Positions 1-7,837 of a stretch of DNA of 64,000 nucleotides are shown in pieces. The position numbers were made by a program, and so were the translations under genes. Position 1 is the stretch's first letter. Each line of letters starts with the position of its first letter. The stretch is from a virus (lineage: Duplodnaviria; Caudoviricetes). Under the pieces are notes generated by a model. That model worked only from the letters and a program-made list of their open reading frames with translations, did no database searches and was not told the DNA's origin. The DNA lies in the IMG/VR virus record IMGVR_UViG_3300037851_000141, positions 32,001 to 96,000 of that record, one strand, 5' to 3'.

Positions 1-1609
1 TTTGTACCGTTATACCGTCAACACGCTCCGCTCTTGTGGCATTATCAGCACTATCAGGATTTTCGCCCCTACGAGCAGATGCCGCTGTACCTGTTCCATT
101 ACCACCAACAACCTGTAATCCGTGAGCTATAACCGGAGAACCAAGATTAGCCTCTCCACGATTTCTTAAATATCCACCACATTCTATTCCAGTAGATACT
201 ATTAATTGATTAGCTATTCGAGTTCTACCACTTATATCTGTTTGGTTGTTTATGAAAAGATTGTTTGTTATATGTACGTTATCAGATATCTTCATTGTAG
301 TTGTATCAACATTTACATTTTGTCCCGTTGTTATTGATAAATTGGATGTAGCGACCATATCAATGTTTCTGGCAGATAACTTAAAGTCTTTTTCAACTAA
401 AGTATCCATATTACCACCAACAGTCATCTTACAATCACCATCAACTTTTATATTGGAATTCTTTTTTATATGTGCGTTTAAGTTATAACCTATTTCAGCA
501 TCAACGTTTCCAGCAATATCAGCATTTACGTTGCCTTTTTGTACAATAAGATCAACATCACCTTCTCGTACAGTAATACCAACACTATTCATAACATCTA
601 TTTGAGCATGAGAGTCACATTGAATATGTACTCGACCTTTAGCATATACATCATAATTGCCTAATACATGTAATTCGTGATTCCCCTCAACACCAACTTC
701 ATAATGGCAAGGTTCATCCAAGTCAGAATTAGTAGGAAGATAATCAACTTCTCGCTTTTTACCAACATATATTTTTCTATTGCCAAATTTATCGGTGTAT
801 TCCATGTAATTTTTATGAATAACAAATATCTGTTCAGCACCATTACGTTGATCTATTATAATTGTTGTTCCATTCGCACTTGTCATACATTGAATATCAC
901 GGTTTGTTGTATCTTCACCCCCAGCAGCATTAGGAACTTCAATAGCTAAATCTGGCTTGGCAACAAGAGTGTTCACAACGGCATTCTTAGCCCAACTATC
1001 ATCTGTCGCTTTTACTCCCTCTCTTGGTGTAAATTCCTTCTTAAACTCAGTTATCTGCTGTACTTTAGCGTCCAATTCCATCGTTCGCCATGATTTTGTT
1101 GCTATCCAATCCCGAGCATTTGGAGCCATAGCGAAATATATTGGTTTATCGTGATTACCACCTTCGAAAAATAAGAATACCCAATTACCACGTTTAGGTA
1201 CAACAAAGTTACCACCAGTTCCACAAGCATTAGAAACAGCATCTTTACGTGAATCTATAAACTCTGTTTCTGGTAAAATAGGGAAGGACTCAACTGTTTT
1301 GGATGTACCATTTACAAGAACATCACTTCCAACATTATATCTACCATCCTTTATAGCATTTCTTTGGTCTTCTGGCTTATAGTCCTTATTATAAACGTTA
1401 TGTCCACCACTCCAAGCTAATGACAAGGCCGGCTCTGCCCAAGGTAATTGTTCAACCGGAGTTACCTTACCATCAAAATTGTGTATACTAAAAATTCTTA
1501 CTCGTACTCTTCCAGCATCAAGCGGATCAACGTTATCTTCAACAACTCCACGAAATATACCAGCAAATGAATAGTCTATCTTACTAAAAAACTCTGGATT
1601 AAGTGCCAT
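1..1609 (-). CDS. gp5: Baseplate hub/spike gp5-like protein (partial; 3' end lies outside the window)
   Basis: Not in the ORF track because no stop occurs in the window. Translated by hand from ATG 1609: MALNPEFFSKIDYSFAGIFRGVVEDNVDPLDAGRVRVRIF...LPWAEP...VPKRGNWVFLFFEGGNHDKPIYF (Gp5 N-terminal OB fold), then beta-helix-like repeats (VEGNHELHVLGNYDVYAKG, VQKGNVNADIAGNVDAEI). The frame stays open to position 2. Confidence 0.9.
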   Translation of the reverse strand, partial: MALNPEFFSKIDYSFAGIFRGVVEDNVDPLDAGRVRVRIFSIHNFDGKVTPVEQLPWAEPALSLAWSGGHNVYNKDYKPEDQRNAIKDGRYNVGSDVLVNGTSKTVESFPILPETEFIDSRKDAVSNACGTGGNFVVPKRGNWVFLFFEGGNHDKPIYFAMAPNARDWIATKSWRTMELDAKVQQITEFKKEFTPREGVKATDDSWAKNAVVNTLVAKPDLAIEVPNAAGGEDTTNRDIQCMTSANGTTIIIDQRNGAEQIFVIHKNYMEYTDKFGNRKIYVGKKREVDYLPTNSDLDEPCHYEVGVEGNHELHVLGNYDVYAKGRVHIQCDSHAQIDVMNSVGITVREGDVDLIVQKGNVNADIAGNVDAEIGYNLNAHIKKNSNIKVDGDCKMTVGGNMDTLVEKDFKLSARNIDMVATSNLSITTGQNVNVDTTTMKISDNVHITNNLFINNQTDISGRTRIANQLIVSTGIECGGYLRNRGEANLGSPVIAHGLQVVGGNGTGTAASARRGENPDSADNATRAERVDGITVQ

Positions 1610-1619
1610 ATCTCAGTCC

Positions 1620-2240
1620 TTAACAGAAGGGGTCAAAGATACTTATACGTCCAGTTATCGTTTTTTTATCATATTTTCCTTTTACAACACCACTTAAAAA
1701 CGCTAACGTACTCTTAAGAAAATCACATGCTCTCTTTATTTGAGTTGGACAAAGATATGGTTTATTTTCTATATGGTAATATCTGACTATTCCAACCATG
1801 GCTAAATTTATGATTCTGGCTCGGGCGGCGGCTTTATTCTCTTTATTAGTTGATTTATGAGCCATATTATTTATTTGTATCAATTCTTTTACTTCTTCTG
1901 GTATTTTTTCTCCCTGCTGCCAAGACCACTTATAAAGATACTTAAATATCTTAGTAGCTAACTTATCCTTAAGACATATACTATCAATATTGACTTCATA
2001 TAAATCCTCAAATTTTCCAGTTTCAACTTCAACTTGTAAACTATCGGGGGGAGGATCTTGAAACCACCATTTTATATCATTCTTATCAGGTAAATCATCA
2101 ACTGATAAATTATTCTTAGAAACAAAATCCCAATTATCTACCAATTCTTCAGCCAAATCTTCAATAGCAGGTAATTCTAATTTCTTGTTCTTCTTCTTTA
2201 ATCTCTCAACTATGATTTTTCTGGCAACATCTTTATTCAT
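1620..2240 (-). CDS. Hypothetical protein (206 aa)
   Basis: Long ORF tightly packed in the late operon; no recognisable motif. Confidence 0.75.
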   Translation of the reverse strand: MNKDVARKIIVERLKKKNKKLELPAIEDLAEELVDNWDFVSKNNLSVDDLPDKNDIKWWFQDPPPDSLQVEVETGKFEDLYEVNIDSICLKDKLATKIFKYLYKWSWQQGEKIPEEVKELIQINNMAHKSTNKENKAAARARIINLAMVGIVRYYHIENKPYLCPTQIKRACDFLKSTLAFLSGVVKGKYDKKTITGRISIFDPFC

Positions 2241-2755
2241 TATATTAGTATTAGAGCCTTGACTGCTGTTGCTGCTGCTCTAACTCCTATATCAGTAGCC
2301 ACTTCTAATACTTTTTTAACAGCATCACCAAAATCATTCCAAAAAGTATTAATTTCAGTAGTAACAACAATTCCAAGTTCAATTGTTTTAGACGCAACTT
2401 CTCTATAATCCTTAAGTTCAGAAAATGATAATGAATCTAAATTTTCAATAGATTTTAGGAGGCCAACATAAATCACATATTCTTTTTGAGCTTCTGTCAT
2501 TCCTAAAAGATTTTGACCATGCTTTAATAATAATTTGGCCGATTCTGCTATAACAACTTCCTTCGCTTCAGTTTTCATATCTTTTAGTGTTAAATTAGCA
2601 AGATCAGTTAAATATTTTTTTACGTCTTTTTCTTTACCCGATTCTGATTGTCTAATTACTGTAGTTGTTATCGTAGATTGATCAGTTGATGATGAACCGA
2701 ACAATTTTTTCAGAAATTCTATGATAATATCCCATATAGATTTGTTATTACTCAT
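2240..2755 (-). CDS. Hypothetical alpha-helical protein with amphipathic N- and C-termini (171 aa)
   Basis: SIWDIIIEFLKKLFG N-terminus and hydrophobic C-terminus; 4-nt overlap with the lipoprotein gene. Confidence 0.75.
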   Translation of the reverse strand: MSNNKSIWDIIIEFLKKLFGSSSTDQSTITTTVIRQSESGKEKDVKKYLTDLANLTLKDMKTEAKEVVIAESAKLLLKHGQNLLGMTEAQKEYVIYVGLLKSIENLDSLSFSELKDYREVASKTIELGIVVTTEINTFWNDFGDAVKKVLEVATDIGVRAAATAVKALILI

Positions 2756-2997
2756 TTGCCACTCTCCACGGTTTTAGCCGCATTTCTGAAATCTTTATTA
2801 TCCTTAATTACAATCTCAAGCAATTCTTTATGTTGTTGCTCAATTGTCATTTTCTTAAATTCTGGATGGTTGATCATGGTTTCATTGGTATCTGCTATGC
2901 GAGTTAGATTATATGAAAAGTCTTCTGGTAAACGATAACAACCTGATGCTACAGCTATTACTGTTACGAGGATACACGCAGGTAAATATTTAATCAT
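2752..2997 (-). CDS. Putative lipoprotein (81 aa)
   Basis: Basic N-terminus, hydrophobic stretch and lipobox-like VASG|C20. Confidence 0.7.
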   Translation of the reverse strand: MIKYLPACILVTVIAVASGCYRLPEDFSYNLTRIADTNETMINHPEFKKMTIEQQHKELLEIVIKDNKDFRNAAKTVESGK

Positions 2998-3007
2998 AGT
3001 ATATTCC

Positions 3008-3436
3008 TTATTTTGTATAAGTTTTACATCTTTGACAATAAGCTAAAGATACCGTACCATACATTTTACAAAGAGCCTGTTTTTCATTAACTTGAATTGT
3101 TGCTGGAGGAATTGGTGCGGTTTGTTCTATTACGGGAATATCCTCTTCAACCCATACTTCAATCGTGTCTGGAACTTGCTTTGTTTCTGTTGTAATTGTT
3201 TGTTTATTAGCTTTACAGCCGCAACCCTTTTTATGTTCAATAGTTATAGTCTTCATTAATGGATTGCCTTGTTCATCAACTCTTTGTATTATTTTTCTTA
3301 CTTTTCTTTTACCTGGAGTTTCACTTGCCTGAATGTTTGTATTTGCCTCTGGATTAGGAATAGTGGTTTGTTTAGCAGGCAATAACTTTAACATGAAACG
3401 GCAGGGTTGTGTCTCAAGTTCTCTTATAGTAGCCAT
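3008..3436 (-). CDS. Hypothetical Cys-containing protein (142 aa)
   Basis: KGCGCK and C-terminal CKMYGTVSLAYCQRCK motifs; AAGGA RBS upstream. Confidence 0.7.
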   Translation of the reverse strand: MATIRELETQPCRFMLKLLPAKQTTIPNPEANTNIQASETPGKRKVRKIIQRVDEQGNPLMKTITIEHKKGCGCKANKQTITTETKQVPDTIEVWVEEDIPVIEQTAPIPPATIQVNEKQALCKMYGTVSLAYCQRCKTYTK

Positions 3437-3487
3437 AATTCGTGTTCCTTATTATATTATATCAAACTTTAATCATTATTCTTACTT

Positions 3488-4240
3488 TTATACGAACCTC
3501 AGTACATAGTTATTTGCCGGAACCATGCCAGAATGCGCCCAACCAACAGACATACTTAATTCATCTGCTGTACGATGTGTAAAATTCAATGGAGATAAAC
3601 TTATTGGAAATGCGTCAATAAACTTATATTCCATTATTTTCTCACGATGGTTATTTGTTATTATAAGGTGTATATCCTGGAAGAATGTATCAATCATCCC
3701 TCGACCACTCATGTTGTTAAACTCTTCTGGATTGTGGAGAGCATACATCCAATATAACATAATATTATAGTTTAATAGATTCTCGCTAACAACCATTTTT
3801 GTATTAAGATCAGAAAAATGAATCTTGCTTGCTCTTGAAACATCAGCAAACATAGTTCCCAACGTTACCTTATCAATATTAACAGACGGTAAATCAACAT
3901 CTTGAATATACAACATGAAATTTCTTAAATCTAAGTTAAGTTCTCTCATTATTTTAGATTGTCTTTGAGCTTCAGTCTGATTACATGGAGAACCTGATGT
4001 ACCAGTAGTTCCTGATGTTCCCGTAGATAATCCTGGGTTTGTTGGATCAAATTCTGGACCATCACCACATTCTGAGCCACTTGTGCTTGGTGTTGTTGAA
4101 ACAAATACCGTTGGACGAGTAGCTTCAGCAAAGGCACTACCAATAAACGCTGCGGTTGGCAAATTAGGTATTACGAGAATGTAATTGTCCGCATGTGCTT
4201 CGTTTATTTCAAGAATGGTATTTGGTTCACTTGATGCCAT
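3488..4240 (-). CDS. gp3: Tail tube terminator / tail completion protein, gp3-like
   Basis: IQDVDLPSV...HFSDLNTKMVVSENLLNYNIMLYWM...LIITNNHREKIMEYKFIDAFPISLSPLNF matches the T4 gp3 tube-fold pattern; carries a Ser/Thr/Gly-rich insertion. Confidence 0.75.
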   Translation of the reverse strand: MASSEPNTILEINEAHADNYILVIPNLPTAAFIGSAFAEATRPTVFVSTTPSTSGSECGDGPEFDPTNPGLSTGTSGTTGTSGSPCNQTEAQRQSKIMRELNLDLRNFMLYIQDVDLPSVNIDKVTLGTMFADVSRASKIHFSDLNTKMVVSENLLNYNIMLYWMYALHNPEEFNNMSGRGMIDTFFQDIHLIITNNHREKIMEYKFIDAFPISLSPLNFTHRTADELSMSVGWAHSGMVPANNYVLRFV

Positions 4241-4242
4241 TG

Positions 4243-6006
4243 TTAATCCCTAAATAGACTTATAATCTTTTGTTGAAATGACTCATTGACGGTTTGCGGT
4301 TGTTGGTCTGGTATTACTGTAGCATTGGATGGTGGATCCTTATATTTTTTAGCAGAATCATATATAGATTGAGGAATGTCTAACCAGCGTTTAACATTGG
4401 ACGAATATTTATAAGCTATAGCTGGTTCTTTACATATTTGTACAATGATTTCTGGAGGGACATTTTCCCAATTAAGTATGAATCGAACAAGTTTGCCGGG
4501 ATCATTAGGTCGGTTAAGTAGTCCTTCAATCGTTTCTTGAGGGACATTTTGCCATTTAAGTACGTTCGAAGCATATTTGTAAGCATAATCTGGATCTTTA
4601 CTTATACCAGTTATAATTTCTTGAGGGACATTTTGCCATTTAAGTACGTTCGAAGCATATTTGTAAGCATAATCTGGATCTTTACTTATACCAGTTATAA
4701 TTTCTTGAGGGACATTTTGCCATTTAAGTATATTTTCAGCATAATTGTAAGCAGTATTTGGAGATTTACTTATACCAGTTATTATTTCTTCAGGGACATT
4801 TTGCCATTTAAGGACTTGGGAAGCATACTGATGGGCCAATAATGGTAGTCTGGTCATAACATAAAGTGGTTCTAAATAAACCTTTTCAGAATAAACTATA
4901 TTAGAACCAATTTGTTCAATATCATCTATAGACATATTATTCACAGTTTCTTTTTCTATTATAGACGGATTATCTTTGAATAATTTTGATTCATCATCAG
5001 TTAATGATTTAATCATTCTATTTGATAGTTTTATATTTACACGTTGTTTTAGTTTTTCAATATAACGTTTCCAGAGTTTAGGATATTTTTGTTCAAACTC
5101 ATGTGGAATATCATAATTTCCAACTTCAATATATTTAGCTAAGATTTGTTCTTGAGTATTACCTAACGTATTCCAATCTTCATCATTTATCTTTCTTCCA
5201 ACTTCAACGAATAGTAATTTATCATCAAGAGTTTTTAGTTCAGTAATGCTTTTTACTTTTTCAATATATTCATAGATATGTTTTTCTTTATCGGAATGAG
5301 GAATGAATTTAATAACTTTATCAAATATAGGTTCTAAAGCTGGGAATTGTTTGAGTATTTCTTCTTTAGTTATATTATCATCTCTATTTGGAGTAGCATA
5401 ATTGATTTGATATCGATCATTTGGATAAGCATGAATTACAACAAGATTCTCTGGAGCATTCCCTTGTGCTTCCTTATTCTTAAAGTAAATAAAGTAGAAC
5501 GTAGCAGGACTGCCAGTTGTAACACCACTACGATACCCATGATATAGATTACCACTATCAGAACGAGAGATACAGAAGCCATATTTGCGACCTTGACCAT
5601 ATTTAATACACTTTTCTTTAGAATCTCCAAGGAAGATTTTCACATTATCATCTTCGTATATAGGTTTATCATCAATTTCTTTATTATCTATGTCTAATTT
5701 AGTAGCAGTTGAATCTACAAGTTGCTCAAAGTCCTTAAATTCCATTTTATCTATAGGTTTATTATGTATAGCATCATTCTTTATAAATCTTACATAATAA
5801 TCTTGGATAGTATTTAACGGTATTCCAGAGAGATAGAATTCAACTAATTTAGGAAGGTGTTTGTTGTTCTTTCCTTGAGTTGTACCTTTGAATGGTTCAG
5901 TTATAGATAGTAATTTCTCGTAATCTTCCTCTTTGCCAGCTTTTTTCAATTTAGCTTTGGCGTTGTTTTCGTTTTGACCTTCTAATATAAATTGACTAAA
6001 ACTCAT
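4243..6006 (-). CDS. Hypothetical repeat protein, candidate internal head protein (587 aa)
   Basis: N-terminus MSFSQFILE resembles T4 capsid-targeting/gp21 cleavage leaders; 28-aa C-terminal repeats. Confidence 0.8.
   Translation of the reverse strand: MSFSQFILEGQNENNAKAKLKKAGKEEDYEKLLSITEPFKGTTQGKNNKHLPKLVEFYLSGIPLNTIQDYYVRFIKNDAIHNKPIDKMEFKDFEQLVDSTATKLDIDNKEIDDKPIYEDDNVKIFLGDSKEKCIKYGQGRKYGFCISRSDSGNLYHGYRSGVTTGSPATFYFIYFKNKEAQGNAPENLVVIHAYPNDRYQINYATPNRDDNITKEEILKQFPALEPIFDKVIKFIPHSDKEKHIYEYIEKVKSITELKTLDDKLLFVEVGRKINDEDWNTLGNTQEQILAKYIEVGNYDIPHEFEQKYPKLWKRYIEKLKQRVNIKLSNRMIKSLTDDESKLFKDNPSIIEKETVNNMSIDDIEQIGSNIVYSEKVYLEPLYVMTRLPLLAHQYASQVLKWQNVPEEIITGISKSPNTAYNYAENILKWQNVPQEIITGISKDPDYAYKYASNVLKWQNVPQEIITGISKDPDYAYKYASNVLKWQNVPQETIEGLLNRPNDPGKLVRFILNWENVPPEIIVQICKEPAIAYKYSSNVKRWLDIPQSIYDSAKKYKDPPSNATVIPDQQPQTVNESFQQKIISLFRD
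4373..4830 (-). repeat. In-frame 84-bp (28-aa) tandem repeat, about 6 copies
   Basis: gggacatttt-type anchors at 4457, 4541, 4625, 4709 and 4793, plus a degenerate one at 4373; unit AYKYASNVLKWQNVPQEIITGISKDPDY. Confidence 0.95.
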
Positions 6007-6015
6007 ATATTTGCC

Positions 6016-6369
6016 CTATTGTATTCCATCATCTACAAGTCTAAATTCTTGAACGTTTCTTGTTGTATAATCAATTCCATCAATAGTTGTAATTGAAGTA
6101 ATAATAGCAGTATAAAGTCCAGCTACCATTGATGTTGATGTCTGATAACGATAATAATACCATCCAGGACGATTTGGAACTGGTGTCATACTTGTACTTC
6201 TTAGTAATTCCTCAGTCTGAGTTTCATCATAGATAGAAATATTCATACAAGTTGCTGGACGATAATCATTAGCACTTGGAGGAATACTTAAATCAATAAA
6301 TGGCTTATGCTTAACAACAAAAGTTATAGCATTACCTCTGCGATATACTTGATCAAAACGTTCAACCAT
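6016..6369 (-). CDS. Hypothetical beta-rich protein (117 aa)
   Basis: RBS GAGGA and TATAAATA promoter upstream; PNRPGWYYYRY...AGLYTAII is suggestive of a beta-sandwich. Confidence 0.8.
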   Translation of the reverse strand: MVERFDQVYRRGNAITFVVKHKPFIDLSIPPSANDYRPATCMNISIYDETQTEELLRSTSMTPVPNRPGWYYYRYQTSTSMVAGLYTAIITSITTIDGIDYTTRNVQEFRLVDDGIQ

Positions 6370-6386
6370 ATTGTGTTCCTCATCGT

Positions 6387-6394
6387 TATTTATA
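6387..6394 (-). promoter_or_regulatory. T4-type late promoter TATAAATA
   Basis: Perfect match upstream of the 117-aa gene. Confidence 0.8.
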
Positions 6395-6482
6395 TATAAT
6401 CCATCAGAAACTCAATTTGCTTTATCCGAAATGATGAACGATGAACTACTAAAAGAATCTTTTACAAAAACCAGATTTCGAG

Positions 6483-6490
6483 TATAAATA
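6483..6490 (+). promoter_or_regulatory. T4-type late promoter TATAAATA driving tnpB
   Basis: Perfect match 26 nt upstream of the tnpB ATG, followed by an AGAGGA RBS. Confidence 0.75.
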
Positions 6491-6516
6491 CTGTTAGAGG
6501 ATGATATAATATAATC

Positions 6517-7695
6517 ATGATAAAGGCTTTTAAGTTCCAACTCTTACCTACGAAAGAACAAGAAGTTCTACTAGCAAAACACTTTGGTTGTAAGAGATTT
6601 GTTTGGAATTACTTCCTCAATAGAAGAAAAGAAGAATATCTAAAAGACAAAAAGACACTTAATTACTATGAATGTGCTTCCGAATTAGTCAATCTAAAGA
6701 AACAAGAAGAAACATCTTGGCTCAAAGAAATAAACTCACAGACACTCCAATCCACTTTACGAGATTTAGATGGAGCATATAATAGATTCTTCCGTAAACA
6801 AAGTAAGTTTCCAAAGTTTAAGAGTAAGTGGGATAGACAATCCTTCAGAGTTCCACAACATATATCAGTAAAAAATAATAAGATATTTTTCCCAAAATTC
6901 AATGAAGGTATAAAAATAAATATCCACAGAGAAATTAACGGCGAAATATGCTTCATTGCCGTTTCTAAAACTCCAACTGGAAAATATTTTGTTTCTATTA
7001 CTTGTGAAGTTGGAGAAATACCTAAACTTCCAATAAGTAATAAGTCAATTGGTGTTGATTTAGGTATTAAAGATTTCGCAGTTTGTTCTAATGGAGAAAA
7101 GTTTGATAACCCAAAACATTATCAAAAACTAGAAAAGAAACTCAAGTTTAGACAAAGACAATTAAGTAAAAAACAAAAAGGAAGCAAATCAAGAGATAAA
7201 CAAAGAAAACAAGTAGCCAGAATCCACGAAAAGATTACTAATAGCAGACAAGACTTCTTACATAAACTTTCAACAAAGTTAATTCACGAAAACCAAGTGA
7301 TATGTATTGAAGACTTAGATGTTAAAGGTATGATGGCAGATAGAAATGTTGCTAAATCAATTGGTACGTGTGGTTGGGGTGAATTTGTCCGACAACTCAA
7401 TTACAAAGCAGAATGGTATGGAAGAGAAATCATTAAAGTTGATAGATTCTTCCCAAGTTCTAAAACTTGTAATCACTGTGGTTGGATTAACGAAGGATTA
7501 ACATTGAGTGATAGAGAATGGACTTGTTGTTGTGGAAAAGTAATAGATAGAGACTTAAATGCGGCTCTAAATATATTACAACAAGGGGTAAATCTCAAAA
7601 AGTCTGGTTTAGGAATTAAATCGGACTCTAAACAAAAACAGGTGGAGGCGTCTACATTAGTAGAGTCTACGAAACCTGAAATTCAACATCTTTAG
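6517..7695 (+). CDS. tnpB: RNA-guided endonuclease TnpB
   Basis: N-terminal KAFKFQLLPTKEQEVLLAKHFGCKRFVWN; RuvC-I GVDLGIKD; RuvC-II ICIEDL; zinc finger CNHCG...CCCG; RuvC-III DRDLNAALNI. Catalytic D/E/D residues are intact. Confidence 0.97.
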   Translation: MIKAFKFQLLPTKEQEVLLAKHFGCKRFVWNYFLNRRKEEYLKDKKTLNYYECASELVNLKKQEETSWLKEINSQTLQSTLRDLDGAYNRFFRKQSKFPKFKSKWDRQSFRVPQHISVKNNKIFFPKFNEGIKINIHREINGEICFIAVSKTPTGKYFVSITCEVGEIPKLPISNKSIGVDLGIKDFAVCSNGEKFDNPKHYQKLEKKLKFRQRQLSKKQKGSKSRDKQRKQVARIHEKITNSRQDFLHKLSTKLIHENQVICIEDLDVKGMMADRNVAKSIGTCGWGEFVRQLNYKAEWYGREIIKVDRFFPSSKTCNHCGWINEGLTLSDREWTCCCGKVIDRDLNAALNILQQGVNLKKSGLGIKSDSKQKQVEASTLVESTKPEIQHL

Positions 7696-7730
7696 GATGC
7701 TGGGTAGTTCATATAAGAACAGTTTCAATT
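7580..7730 (+). ncRNA. Putative TnpB omega/reRNA (scaffold plus guide); boundaries approximate
   Basis: Overlaps the tnpB 3' end. Hairpins TCTAC-ATTA-GTAGA and CAACATC-TTTAG-GATGCTG precede GGGTAGTTCAT; the guide would be ATAAGAACAGTTTCAATT. Confidence 0.65.
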
Positions 7731-7837
7731 TCTTCGTCGGACAACATAACTGTAGAGAATTCGGCTGTACTATATAATACAACTTCAAGTTCACACGCCT
7801 CAAATATCTGACAGGTTAAATCAACATCCATATTCAT
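7709..7837 (-). pseudogene. Small acidic ORF (42 aa), probably truncated by the IS
   Basis: ATG overlaps the upstream stop (ATGA). MNMDVDLTCQIFEACELEVVLYSTAEFSTVMLSDEEIETVLI ends at a TGA supplied by the IS right end. Confidence 0.5.

Larger units (their letters stand above)
6436..7712 (+). mobile_element. Non-autonomous IS200/IS605-family element (tnpB only)
   Basis: Contains tnpB and no tnpA. Right end GGGTAGTTCAT preceded by a hairpin; left subterminal hairpin TAAAAG-AAT-CTTTTA (6450-6464); candidate TAM TGAT at 6432-6435. Ends are inferred. Confidence 0.75.

Noticed and set aside
4373-4830. 84-bp repeats as a CRISPR array
   Set aside because: The units abut with no unique spacers and are in-frame coding repeats.
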